From a plasmid, in the sequence record NZ_CP118944.1: DNA of 64,000 nt. One strand, given 5' to 3'. Of the stretch, positions 18,592 to 28,503 are shown in pieces. The notes beneath the pieces are model-generated. The model was given only the letters and a program-made list of their open reading frames with translations, ran no database searches and was not told the DNA's origin. Positions within the stretch are counted from its first letter, which is position 1. Each line of letters opens with the position of its first letter. The translations under genes were made by a program, and so were the position numbers.

Positions 18592-20133
18592 TTAATGGAA
18601 GCTCTGGGGGCCGCGGATGTTCTCATGTTCCTGTGGCAGCTCTGGATAGCTCAGCGGGCTTGCGGGCAGTTGGTCACGGCCACTGGTCAGCACCGACTTG
18701 GGCTGTTTGAGTCGCACCAGTCCTTCCCGGTTGGCCAACTGGCAACAGGCTTCGACCCGTGATGGCGGATACTCCCGGCTAAGACTCAGTAGCCCCAGGC
18801 AGAGTCGGTATGCCTGCTCCGCATGGGCTTTCTCTTCCAGCCGTTCGCTAACCCAGCACAAGGTGCCCGGTCCGATGTCGGCAGCCCACTGCTTAAGACG
18901 CCCTGGCGTCCAGCGTTGCTGCTTGCTGTGACGTTCCGGCATGTGCTCAGGGTGCGTGCTCATCCCCGGGATGGTTTTACGCGGATGGCTCGCGACCAGC
19001 TGTTGCTGGTGATAGACCTGAAGCAGGGTGTCGCCAGCATGGAGCTCCAGTTGCTGGCCCACATACTGGTGTGGCACCGAGTAGTGGTGCTGATCATAGC
19101 TGACGTGATAGTCGATGTTGACCTTGACCGTTTTGATGGCGACATAGCGATAGGGATGTATCGGCAGTGCTCCCAGCGCCGGGCGGTCCAACTGCTCAAA
19201 CGCCTCGCGCCGGTTACCGGGCAGTTGCTTGAACGGGCGCTCGTTGAGTTCGTTCAGCAAGGCCCGGATGCACTGGTTGAGCTCGGCAAGCGAGAAGAAG
19301 GTCTGATGGCGCAGGCGGGCCAGGATCCAGCGCTCGACGATCTGCACTCCCACCTCAGCCTTGGCTTTGTCCTTGGGCTTGTAAGGGCGCGCTGGCATCA
19401 CCGCCACCTGATAGTGCTCGGCCAACTGCTGGTAGCTGGGGTTGAGCTCGGGATCGTATCGGCAAGCCTTGCTGACACCGCTCTTGAGGTTGTCGGGGAT
19501 CAGCAGTGCCGGTGTCCCGCCGAAAAACTCAAAGGCACGGACATGGCTTTGCAGCCAGTCCGGCAGTGACTGTGACCAGGTGGCCTCGGCAAAGGTGTAG
19601 TTGGACGCACCGAGCACGGCGACAAAGACTTGTGCCTGGCGGACCTCACCCGTAGTCGGCGACACGATGGGCACCGTGGGCCCGCAGTAGTCGATAAAGA
19701 GCTTTTCCCCCGCCTTGTGGATCTGGCGCATGGAGCGCTTTTGCAACTGACACCAGGACTTGTAACGGTCGCAGAACTGGGAGTAGCTGTAACAGCTATT
19801 GGGATAGCGCTGGGTGTACTCCTCCCAGAGCAGCTGTTTGGAGACCCCCTTGCGCTTGAGCTCCTGATGGACAGAGGGCCAATCCGGCACGACATGGCGG
19901 GCCGATATGGTGGTATCGGCCTGCGGATAAAACAGGGCAGCCAGTCGGCCATCATCAAGCTCGGTGGGCAGGGGCCAGCTAAGGCCGAGCGCCTGGGCAC
20001 TTTTGAGGAGTTTCTGGATGGAGCCGACACTGACCTTGGTACAGATACTGATCTGGCGAAAAGAGAGCTGAGCCTCCAGCCGCAGTCGCAGCACTTCACG
20101 AATTTTACGCATTGCAATCCTCTTGGCAGACAT
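18592..20133 (-). CDS. istA: IS21-family transposase IstA, 513 aa (element B)
   Basis: MSAKRIAMRKIREVLRLRLEAQLS… homologous to, but clearly diverged from, the IstA of elements A and C. Confidence 0.85.
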   Translation of the reverse strand: MSAKRIAMRKIREVLRLRLEAQLSFRQISICTKVSVGSIQKLLKSAQALGLSWPLPTELDDGRLAALFYPQADTTISARHVVPDWPSVHQELKRKGVSKQLLWEEYTQRYPNSCYSYSQFCDRYKSWCQLQKRSMRQIHKAGEKLFIDYCGPTVPIVSPTTGEVRQAQVFVAVLGASNYTFAEATWSQSLPDWLQSHVRAFEFFGGTPALLIPDNLKSGVSKACRYDPELNPSYQQLAEHYQVAVMPARPYKPKDKAKAEVGVQIVERWILARLRHQTFFSLAELNQCIRALLNELNERPFKQLPGNRREAFEQLDRPALGALPIHPYRYVAIKTVKVNIDYHVSYDQHHYSVPHQYVGQQLELHAGDTLLQVYHQQQLVASHPRKTIPGMSTHPEHMPERHSKQQRWTPGRLKQWAADIGPGTLCWVSERLEEKAHAEQAYRLCLGLLSLSREYPPSRVEACCQLANREGLVRLKQPKSVLTSGRDQLPASPLSYPELPQEHENIRGPQSFH

Positions 20134-20419
20134 AGGCTCTTCCCTGGCAAAAGGGAGAGCGTATCAAAGGTTGTTAAATCAATGCGTTAAGGATGATTCC
20201 GGTGAATGTGAACAGTGATTCCGGGATGTTGAACACTGTTTCCGGAAAGGAGGGGCAAAGTGTTCAGGTTGAGCCGGAATGAGCGTTCATGTTGGTCCGG
20301 AAATGGTGTTCACGTTGAACCAGAATAGGTGTTCATGATCGGCCGGAATATGCAACTTGAACAGCGGGCCGCACGCGGCTAAACTGGGGGGTACTTACCA
20401 TCTGCCCGACGCGAGATGG

Positions 20420-21204
20420 CCACCCAGGCGGTCGCTCACTGCGCCATCTCCATCCGGCTCGCCTGTCGGGTGTTCGGGGTCAGCGAAGGCTGCTATCGCT
20501 ACCAACCGGTACTGGCCGAAGAGAACCAGCTCATTCGCCGACTGGCTGCTGCGTATCACGACCAGCCAGCGCAACTGGGGCTTCGGGCTCTGCTTTCTCT
20601 ATCTGCGCAACGTCAAAGGGTTTGGCTGGAACCACAAGCGGGTGTACCGGATTTATCGGGAACTTGAACTCAACTTGCGGATAAAGCCCAGGAAACGGCT
20701 GGTGCGTGCAAAACCGGCAGCGTTGGCAGTGCCTGAAAAACCCAATACCTGCTGGTCGATGGACTTTATGCACGACCAGCTCAGCAATGGCCGCTCGGTG
20801 CGGTTGTTCAATGTGATAGATGATTTCAACCGGGAAGCGTTATGTATCGAGGTAGATTTTTCGCTCCCCGCCTTGCGGGTCAAACGGGTGTTGGAGCAGG
20901 TGATAGCGTGGCGTGGCAAACCGGCGGCCATCCGCTGTGATAACGGTCCGGAATACATCCGCGAGGAGCTCAAACGCTGGGCGAAACAGCATGACATCAC
21001 GCTGAACTACATCCACAGCAGAATGCCTATATCGAGCGGTTTAACCGCACCGTGAGATATGACTGGCTGGGGCATTACCTGTTTGAGTCGCTGGATGAAT
21101 TGCAGGAATTTGCCACGCAATGGCAATGGGTTTATAACCATGAGCGGCCCAATATGGCGCTGGGTGGCTACACGCCAAAACAGCACTTGGCGCGGGCCGC
21201 CTGA
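20420..21204 (+). pseudogene. Decayed orfB of an IS3-family (IS407-group-like) element: at least two frameshifts and a ~13-bp deletion, no orfA
   Basis: Frames give …[22 protein letters not shown]… / …[43 protein letters not shown]…[39 protein letters not shown]…IRCDNGPEY… / …[55 protein letters not shown]; DDE and rve motifs split across frames. Confidence 0.7.
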
Positions 21205-21273
21205 CCTCTACTTTTGAATGCCCCTGAATATGGGAGGATTACCATATATCATGTGGAAAATTTGGGGGTGCCT

Positions 21274-21729
21274 ATGATTATCTATGGAAAATACGGTGGA
21301 GCAGCGCTTAGAACCGTACATTTGATGGTGCAAAACAACTATGATCATATCACTGCCTGGGATATGGCAATATTTGAAGCATTCGGAGAGGACTTAGGTG
21401 AAAAAAAACAGTATAAGAACAACCCGAAGGTAACTTTCCTGACCCTCTGTAGCTTGGGTAGCATCAGTTGCATTATGCCCATCTACTATGATACAGCCAT
21501 CAAAACTAAGAAGTATGTCGCAACAGCGCTCGACATCCTTTCCTCTAAAGACAAATCCACACCGATTAATCCTGATGACTTATGGCAAGAAGTCATTAGT
21601 GCTTGTGATGCCGTAGCCTCACTGAAACACAATAATCAGATGGATGTAGTTCTAACACTATGGTACGCAAATGTACTAAATACCAATTGGGCGAGCGATG
21701 AGCTGGAGCTTAGAGCAGACCTGCTGTAA
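21274..21729 (+). CDS. Hypothetical protein, ~150 aa, in a lower-GC segment
   Basis: ORF 21214-21729; internal start MIIYGKYGG… preferred; no recognisable domain. Confidence 0.4.
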   Translation: MIIYGKYGGAALRTVHLMVQNNYDHITAWDMAIFEAFGEDLGEKKQYKNNPKVTFLTLCSLGSISCIMPIYYDTAIKTKKYVATALDILSSKDKSTPINPDDLWQEVISACDAVASLKHNNQMDVVLTLWYANVLNTNWASDELELRADLL

Positions 21730-21783
21730 TCGTCATTTAGTAGAGTGAAAAGACCAAGGTGCTGATCACCTTGGTCAGTCATA

Positions 21784-22410
21784 TTATTTTACTCTGGTTA
21801 GTGAACCACTATCAGAGTGGGCAAAAGGCTTGCCATAGACCTGCAAGCTAGTGGTTTGGTTGTACTTGAGTTTGTCTTTTTCTGAGAAGTCGAGTGTTAA
21901 TGTAAAGTCTGTCGTCGAGTCATTGGCTGTCATATAGGTGCTTTCAGCAATGCCACGCTTACCTGTTTTGAAGTCAATCTTGTTACCAGCTTTGCCTTCG
22001 GTCACAACACAAACTGCACGAGGAATGCAGTATGAGTTATAGACAACTTGATTTTTCTTGTCATAGATAAGGTAGCCACGTTGATCGTGGAATTTTCCAT
22101 TATCCCTTTTTCTGAAAACCTCCTGCTTGTAGTACATAGCTACTAGGTACTGCTCACTGGCATTCTTTGCATCTGCAGCTGGTTCGAAGGTAATCGTTTC
22201 ATAGAATGGTTCTACAGCAGGGCCACCTTTGCCAGCCTTGCTTCCTTCCTGCCCTGGCGCAACATCTACACCACCTGTATCAGTGCTTTTCCATGTTCCG
22301 GCCAACTGGGCGAGGGGGCCAAAATCCAAGCCATTTAACATTGTGTCTGAGTCTGCATAAGCCAGAGTGGAACTGGCCAGTAAAATAGCTGGTATTACTA
22401 ACTTACTCAT
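21784..22410 (-). CDS. Secreted hypothetical protein with signal peptide, possibly a lipocalin/nitrobindin-like (DUF1794-like) beta-barrel
   Basis: MSKLVIPAILLASSTLAYA signal; …LAGTWKS…FYETITFEP…YLVAMYYKQEVF… resembles the calycin-like DUF1794 pattern (weak recall). IS21-C lies immediately upstream. Confidence 0.45.
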   Translation of the reverse strand: MSKLVIPAILLASSTLAYADSDTMLNGLDFGPLAQLAGTWKSTDTGGVDVAPGQEGSKAGKGGPAVEPFYETITFEPAADAKNASEQYLVAMYYKQEVFRKRDNGKFHDQRGYLIYDKKNQVVYNSYCIPRAVCVVTEGKAGNKIDFKTGKRGIAESTYMTANDSTTDFTLTLDFSEKDKLKYNQTTSLQVYGKPFAHSDSGSLTRVK

Positions 22411-22506
22411 ATATAACTCCCATCAGTGGCTAATAACATCATGTCGATCAGCCAATAACATCATGCCGATCACCATTTTTCTACCCGCAGGAACTGCGTC
22501 TTTCTT

Positions 22507-23262
22507 TTACTCTGCCTGATCGGCATCGGTCAAGTTGATGCCCTGTTTTCGCATCGACTCACCTGTCAAACCTACTCGTACCGCTCTGTGGATCAGCCGG
22601 TCCAGGATCGCTTCTGCGAATGTGGCCTCTCCGATCATCCCATACCATTTCTCTACCGGCAGTTGGCTCGCAACCACTGTCGAGACCCTCCCGTAACGGG
22701 TATCGATGATCTCCAGCAAATTACTGCGCTCGGCCGCATCCAGCATCTCCATGCCCCAGTCATCCAGGATCAGCAAGCCCACATTATTCACCTGCTCCAG
22801 CAGCTTCGGATAACTGCCATCCGCCTGCGCCAGTCTCATCTCTTCCAGCAGGGTTTTCAGCCGGTAGTAGCGCACCGCTACGCCTTGCCGGATAAAATAG
22901 CGGCCCAACGCACAGGCCAGGTAACTCTTCCCACAGCCTGCCGCCCCCGTCAGCAGCAGGTTTTGCTGATGAGCCAGCCACTGCCCTTCCAGTAGCTGGC
23001 GGATCTGCGCTTTGCTTATTCCCCGGCTGGCACGGTAGTCCAGCTGCTCAATTTGACCGGACAATCGAAACCGCGCTTGCTTCTCCAACCGGTTAACTTT
23101 GCGCTGCTCCCGTTGCACCAGCTCATGACTCAGCAGCAGTTGCAGCCGCTCTTCAAAGCTCATGTCCTGATACAACGCGCTCTGTGTCTGTTGCTGACTC
23201 AGCGCCTGTTTCACACCGCCCAGACGCAGGGTGCTCAGTTGTTCATCGAGATGTAATTGCAT
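22507..23262 (-). CDS. istB: IS21-family helper IstB (element C)
   Basis: MQLHLDEQLSTLRLGGVKQ… with Walker A/B; ~90% identical to istB of element A. Confidence 0.9.
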   Translation of the reverse strand: MQLHLDEQLSTLRLGGVKQALSQQQTQSALYQDMSFEERLQLLLSHELVQREQRKVNRLEKQARFRLSGQIEQLDYRASRGISKAQIRQLLEGQWLAHQQNLLLTGAAGCGKSYLACALGRYFIRQGVAVRYYRLKTLLEEMRLAQADGSYPKLLEQVNNVGLLILDDWGMEMLDAAERSNLLEIIDTRYGRVSTVVASQLPVEKWYGMIGEATFAEAILDRLIHRAVRVGLTGESMRKQGINLTDADQAE

Positions 23263-23287
23263 GCTCTTTTCCTTGTTGAGTGATGGA

Positions 23288-24850
23288 TTAGTGGAAGTAG
23301 TGTTCGCCGTGGACATTGTCATGATGGATGTCTTGCAACGGATCCTGGCGTGAGGTGGCAACTGGTTGTTGTTCCAACCCGTGTTTGAGCATGTTGCGGA
23401 TGTGGTGCAGCCGGTTGGCGCCGGTCAGATAGCCACGTAGACAGGCGGCCTCCAGCCGCGCCTTGCCATACTTTTTGCTCTGTCCCAGCAGGGCCTGACA
23501 AGGTCGCACGGCTTGGGCCGGATGCGCTGCCTGGCGGATAAAACTATCCACCCAATGCGTGGTATAGGGCCCGATGGACGCGGCCCAGCTCAGTAGGCGT
23601 TCAGGTGAGCACTCCAGCAGTGCCTGGTGATGCGCTGGCATATGGGCGGGCAGACTGCTGTGCTGGCCTTTGCGATGACTGCGTGGGTGCTGAGCGACGA
23701 CCTTACCCGCGTGATACAGGGTGACCGTACGCTCCGCCAGATGGGCTTCCAGCCGCTTGCCCTGCAAGGCATAAGGGACCGAGTAATAGTGCTTCTCCAG
23801 GTCGACGTGGTAATCCTTGCCGACCAGCACCGACACCACTTTGGTGTACTGGTAGGGGTACGCTGGCAAGGGCTTGAGTGCTGGCGCATCGAGCTCGGCA
23901 AACATGGATGCGCGGCAACCGGGCAGCTTCTGGAAGGGTTTCTCATTGAGCCGGGTCAGTAACCCGGATATCCGTTGGTTAAGCTGAGCCAGGCTATGGA
24001 AGGTCTCATGGCGCAGTACCGCCAGGATCCAGCGGGTGACGATCTGTACCCCCACCTCGGCCTTGGATTTATCTTTCGGCTTGCGCGGCCTGGCGGGCAT
24101 GATCGCTGTGCCGAAGTGAGCGGCCAGCATCTGGTAGGTGGGATTGAGATCCGGGTCAGTATTGCGTGCCACGCTGACCGCACTCTTCAAGCAATCAGGC
24201 ACCACCAGTTGCGGGACGCCGCCGAAAAACTCAAAGGCCCGCTTGTGGCTCATCACCCAATCCTCAAGCTGTTGGGAGCGGGTGGCTTCAGCAAAGGTGT
24301 AGTTGGAGGCCCCGAGCACCGCGACGAAGACCTGGGCCCGATAGAGGATCTCACCGGTATGAGGATCCACGATGGGCATGGTCTGGCCACAGTAATCGAC
24401 AAAGAGTTTTTCGCCCGCGATATGGGTCTGGCGCATCGACGGTTGCAGCACCGATGCCCACTCCTTATAGAGCCGACAGAAATGGTTGTAGCTGTAGTGG
24501 GCACCGTTATTGCGCTCGGCATACTCCTGCCACAGTAGCTCCAGCGTTACCCCTTTTTGACCGGGCTGTTTGAGCTCCTGATGGAGCACGGCCCAGTCAG
24601 GGAGCGGTTTGTGGCGGGTTTTGGACACCGCGCGGGTGCTGAGGAAGGCACGCTCCAGGGTGACATCATCCCAGCGCTCACAGAGCGGCCAGGTAGTGAT
24701 ATCCAACTGAGCAGCGCGATTGAGGTAATAGGAGACGGTGCTGGATGAGATATGCAGGCTGAGGGCGATCTGACGATGCGCCAGTTGAGCCTGATATTTG
24801 AGACGAAGGATTTCTTTGAGTTTTCTCACGGTGATAGGCCTCGCAGACAT
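23288..24850 (-). CDS. istA: IS21-family transposase IstA, 520 aa (element C)
   Basis: About 90% identical to the IstA at 14307-15872. Confidence 0.9.
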   Translation of the reverse strand: MSARPITVRKLKEILRLKYQAQLAHRQIALSLHISSSTVSYYLNRAAQLDITTWPLCERWDDVTLERAFLSTRAVSKTRHKPLPDWAVLHQELKQPGQKGVTLELLWQEYAERNNGAHYSYNHFCRLYKEWASVLQPSMRQTHIAGEKLFVDYCGQTMPIVDPHTGEILYRAQVFVAVLGASNYTFAEATRSQQLEDWVMSHKRAFEFFGGVPQLVVPDCLKSAVSVARNTDPDLNPTYQMLAAHFGTAIMPARPRKPKDKSKAEVGVQIVTRWILAVLRHETFHSLAQLNQRISGLLTRLNEKPFQKLPGCRASMFAELDAPALKPLPAYPYQYTKVVSVLVGKDYHVDLEKHYYSVPYALQGKRLEAHLAERTVTLYHAGKVVAQHPRSHRKGQHSSLPAHMPAHHQALLECSPERLLSWAASIGPYTTHWVDSFIRQAAHPAQAVRPCQALLGQSKKYGKARLEAACLRGYLTGANRLHHIRNMLKHGLEQQPVATSRQDPLQDIHHDNVHGEHYFH

Positions 24851-25523
24851 GCACTTTCCTCTTTTGGGTCCAGTTGGAAAGTGCGGGTTTAACGAAGCGG
24901 GGAGAAGAAGTCATCAATAACATTCATGCCGATCATGGTTTCCCATAGAGGAAAAAAGTGATCGGCCTGGGATGTTATTGGGCGATCGGCATGGATGTTA
25001 TTGAGTGATCGGCATGAATGTTATTGAGCGATCGCCATGCGTGGGAATACGCACATCAGAGATCACCATTATTATTTTTCAGCACCCTGAATTTAAAAAT
25101 GTGAGTAAGCCGGGTCAATATGATATTGGTGGTCATGTCTAATTTTGTGAGTCGAGGTTTGTTTTTTACCATGAATAAAAACTAGCTTTGATCTGAGTCA
25201 GTTTTCATTTCCAGATTAAAAAATACTAATGTGAATCTAGATCAATTTTTTATTTTGACTGCTGGAGACTCGATATCCTAATTAATAAATAGCTCTGGTC
25301 ATTGTAGAGCTGGCTGAGGCCCCCTCTGACTGTGATAGTGATGGAACCAGCAACCCCGAAGGTGAGTGAACCTCGATTTAAGGTCAGTTGGTGATGAGGT
25401 AAAGCGACATGCCCATGATGCAGCGTTGAAAGGGATGTTAGTGATCAGGTCACTCCCCCCTCAGTGAGTTCCATTCAGGCTGCATCGATTTGGGCAACAG
25501 CGCCGCTAAGAATACTACCTTGT

Positions 25524-26075
25524 CTAACGATCTGAAATTTCTACGCCAGAGGGTACGCGTTTTTTGCCCGTAATCATTGCTCGAATCAAGTCGCCCTTGG
25601 TTAGATGGTCAATTACAATCACTGCCAGTACATGAATAAAGATTGCAGCCTGTAAAGCCGTGGCAAAGCCACCATGAATCTCTTCCATCACATCATCACC
25701 AAACAGATCTTCATAGTTAGTCAGAATCCCTGTTAGAGCTGTGCCGATCAAGCAAGTCAACAATAAAATTATCATCAATGAACCAACTGGATTGTGACCT
25801 GCGTGATAAGGATGCTCGCCTTTAATCGTCGCTTTAAGGTAACCGACTACGCGAGCAGGCGTGGGAAACCACTGAGTAAACCTGGCGTAATGAGAACCAT
25901 AAAAGCCCCAGACTATTCGAACAAGCAGTAATGCTGACAGGGTATATCCAACATAGCGATGGTTCCGATGCCCCTCTTCAAGAATGAATAGGTTGAGTAC
26001 ACAAAGTGTAACTGTAAGCCAGTGAAATCCCCGTACTACCAGATCCCAAACCCTGATTTCTTGATTATCTGACAT
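25524..26075 (-). CDS. Cytochrome b561 / Ni-Fe-hydrogenase-type b cytochrome family membrane protein
   Basis: MSDNQEIRVWDLVVRGFHWL… with His-containing TM helices typical of PF01292; GGAG RBS. The track ORF has an N-terminal extension. Confidence 0.65.
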   Translation of the reverse strand: MSDNQEIRVWDLVVRGFHWLTVTLCVLNLFILEEGHRNHRYVGYTLSALLLVRIVWGFYGSHYARFTQWFPTPARVVGYLKATIKGEHPYHAGHNPVGSLMIILLLTCLIGTALTGILTNYEDLFGDDVMEEIHGGFATALQAAIFIHVLAVIVIDHLTKGDLIRAMITGKKRVPSGVEISDR

Positions 26076-26209
26076 TATTTCTCTCCATGAAGTTGGTGTG
26101 TTATGTGACACGCAACAATGCGTTATCTCACTGCACCATGAGTACATCGCACTATAACTTCCATTTCTTAAGAAAAACTTAACCTCTATACAGTCTAGTT
26201 TACTGGGCG

Positions 26210-27091
26210 CTAAGCATGCCCATATGGCTCGACATGAATCACAACAACTGAGTTTGGTAGCCTAGCTTCAATTTCTCTTTCGATCTGGTCACATATGGCG
26301 TGAGATTCTTCCACAGTCATATTTGCTGGCAAAGTAAGATGAAAGTCTATATGACGTCTACGACCTGCACGTCTACTGCGCAGGTCATGAAAGCCATCTA
26401 TGCTTTGATTACAATTACGAATGACTTCCGCTGCTATGTTTAGCTCTTCTTCATTAAGGCTATGATCTATAAGAGGCTTGAATGCATGGCTCAACATTTC
26501 GATAGCCTCTTTCAAAATAAAAAGAGCCACACCAATTGCTACAATAGGATCTAAGTAGTGAAGATCATATCCAAAGTGGCCAGCAATCCAAATACCAAGA
26601 AGGCCAACCCCCACCCCCAGGGAAGTTAAAACATCAGCCTTAAGGTGCAAGGCATCTGCTGCCAATGCCACAGAGTCCTCCTCCCGTGCCACTCGATACA
26701 GATAACCAGAAACAATCCAGTTTACTAATGCAGACGTCAACATCACTACAACACCCAAGCTGATCTCCTCAACTTTTCCCTCAGGGTGAAGCAATTTTGA
26801 AACAGCCTCAAATATTATCCAGCAGGAAGCTATAAGTATTAATATAGCCTCGATCACGCCGGAAACGTTCTCGATTTTATCATGCCCATATGGGTGGCGA
26901 GGGTCTGGAGGCGTGTCTGATTTACGAACAGAAAACCATGCTATCAATGCAGCAACCAAATCCATTCCAGAATGGATCGCTTCTGAAATAATACTCACAG
27001 AGCCGCTAACCATTCCGACTAGCAGCTTTATTATAATAAGGCATGTGTTTGAGCCTACAGAGACAAGCGCAGCTCTAGACTTCCTGCTCAT
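26210..27091 (-). CDS. Cation diffusion facilitator (CDF) family divalent-metal efflux transporter
   Basis: Six predicted TM helices, …SEAIHSGMDL…, …HLKADVLTSLGV… and a His-rich C-terminus (…HVEPYGHA); operonic with the ArsR-family regulator. Confidence 0.85.
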   Translation of the reverse strand: MSRKSRAALVSVGSNTCLIIIKLLVGMVSGSVSIISEAIHSGMDLVAALIAWFSVRKSDTPPDPRHPYGHDKIENVSGVIEAILILIASCWIIFEAVSKLLHPEGKVEEISLGVVVMLTSALVNWIVSGYLYRVAREEDSVALAADALHLKADVLTSLGVGVGLLGIWIAGHFGYDLHYLDPIVAIGVALFILKEAIEMLSHAFKPLIDHSLNEEELNIAAEVIRNCNQSIDGFHDLRSRRAGRRRHIDFHLTLPANMTVEESHAICDQIEREIEARLPNSVVVIHVEPYGHA

Positions 27092-27193
27092 GATGTTTTC
27101 AACCCCAATGTTTCAAGTTTAATAATTAATGAATCTTTCTTGTCTGCAACCTTTGATATATACCCATATGCTTCAAAAACTATATGAATAACT

Positions 27194-27499
27194 CTACTGA
27201 GAGTCTTCTTCAATATGCTCTAGCATATTGGATAACATCCGCAAAATATGATGATCTGAGGCAACATAAAACACCTGCTTTCCCTGTCTGTCAGCAGTTA
27301 CAACACGAGCACTTTTAAGCAATCTCAGATGGTGACTGACTAACGACTGACTAATATCCAATGATGCAGCGATGTCACTGACAGAGACGGGCTCCTTCAC
27401 GCAACGTAAAACAATACGCATTCGTGTTGTATCGCCAAGCAGTCGAAATAGGTCAGCAAGCTCAGCTACATGTTCTTCTGTAACGTTCGGCATGTTCAT
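27194..27499 (-). CDS. ArsR/SmtB-family metal-responsive transcriptional repressor
   Basis: ELADLFRLLGDTTRMRIVLRC…VSDIAASLDISQSLVSHHLRLLKSARVV…RQGKQVFY is the canonical ArsR wHTH signature. Confidence 0.8.
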   Translation of the reverse strand: MNMPNVTEEHVAELADLFRLLGDTTRMRIVLRCVKEPVSVSDIAASLDISQSLVSHHLRLLKSARVVTADRQGKQVFYVASDHHILRMLSNMLEHIEEDSQ

Positions 27500-27900
27500 A
27501 AAACAAATACACACATGTACAACTGTTCATTTGTTTGAATTATGAGCGCATCAGGCCAACTGTCAAGAATTAAGTATGAAAAGCTCCCATTGAGGTAGGT
27601 TGAGACCCCCGCTCTCCCCAGTACACCAGGGTAATCCCCCCGAAAATCCGGGGTGCTCATAAGTAGAATTTTCTCGTATCTTGCACGCAGGAGGTTCTAC
27701 ATGGGGGTGTAAGCCGGAATCCCAGATTTTTCCGTCTGGCCAACAGAGCCAGCATTTGCGCGGGTTGTCGCAAAACAGTTGTTTGGCGACAGGATCCGCC
27801 ACGCCGCCGAAATCACCGGTGTTTATCCCCGATTTTGGTGCGGAAAATCATGTCTCAATGGTATACCATGCGGTAACCTCAATCCACAGGTTTTCCGCTC

Positions 27901-28503
27901 ATGCTCGTCGGCTATATGCGCGTCTCGACCGACAACGACCGTCAATCCACCGACCTCCAACGCGATGCTCTGCTCGCCGTCGGCGTTGATGCACGCTACC
28001 TGTTCCAAGATCATGCCTCTGGCGCTAGAGATGATCGACTTGGCCTGACCAAAGCACTGGAATATCTACAGCCCGGCGACGTGCTGATCGTGTGGAAACT
28101 CGACCGCCTTGGGCGCTCGCTTCCACACTTGCTAGATATCGTCAACTCGCTCAAGAGCAAAGAGATCGGGTTCCGCTCGCTGACCGAGAACATGGATACC
28201 ACCACGCCATCGGGCGAATTCTTGTTCCAGGTGTTCGGTGCGCTCGCGCAGTACGAACGTGCGTTGACCCGCGAGCGAGTTATGGCCGGGCTTGCCGCCG
28301 CCAAGCGGCGCGGCCGTCACGGCGGTCGCCCGCTGGCGATCACCGGCGAAAAACTCGATGCGATTATCGCCGCCCTCGATGGCGGCATGTCTAAGGCGGC
28401 CGTCTGTCGCAACTTCGAGGTCAAACGTACCACGCTGATCGAAACGCTGGCACGCGTGGGGTGGCGCGGCGCCGAGAAGTCTGCTGATGACCAACAGGAA
28501 TAA
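27901..28503 (+). CDS. tnpR: Resolvase TnpR (serine recombinase) of the cryptic Tn3-family transposon
   Basis: MLVGYMRVSTDNDRQSTDLQRDAL…VWKLDRLGRSL…, same subfamily as Tn5393 TnpR. Confidence 0.9.
   Translation: MLVGYMRVSTDNDRQSTDLQRDALLAVGVDARYLFQDHASGARDDRLGLTKALEYLQPGDVLIVWKLDRLGRSLPHLLDIVNSLKSKEIGFRSLTENMDTTTPSGEFLFQVFGALAQYERALTRERVMAGLAAAKRRGRHGGRPLAITGEKLDAIIAALDGGMSKAAVCRNFEVKRTTLIETLARVGWRGAEKSADDQQE

Larger units (their letters stand above)
18141..20354 (-). mobile_element. IS21-family insertion sequence B, distinct from A and C, truncated at its istB end by the Tn21-type IR
   Basis: istA (513 aa) plus istB lacking its C-terminal ~115 codons; left end TGCATATTCCGGCC… at 20354 with upstream GTGTTCA(N)GTTGAACC-type terminal repeats (20200-20350). 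Confidence 0.7.
22427..25053 (-). mobile_element. IS21-family insertion sequence C (2627 bp), near-identical to A, flanked by a CATCAG direct repeat
   Basis: Same terminal sequences as A (TGC(A/G)TATTCCCACGCATGGCGATCGCTCAATAACATTCATGCCGATCAC… / …TGGCTAATAACATCATGTCGATCAGCC), and even the flanks are partly similar; target duplication CATCAG on both sides. Confidence 0.8.

Noticed and set aside
22588-24538. Plus-strand ORFs inside IS21-C (22588-22995, 23975-24538) and their counterparts inside IS21-A and IS21-B
   Set aside because: Antisense to intact istA/istB genes with clear Walker/DDE motifs.
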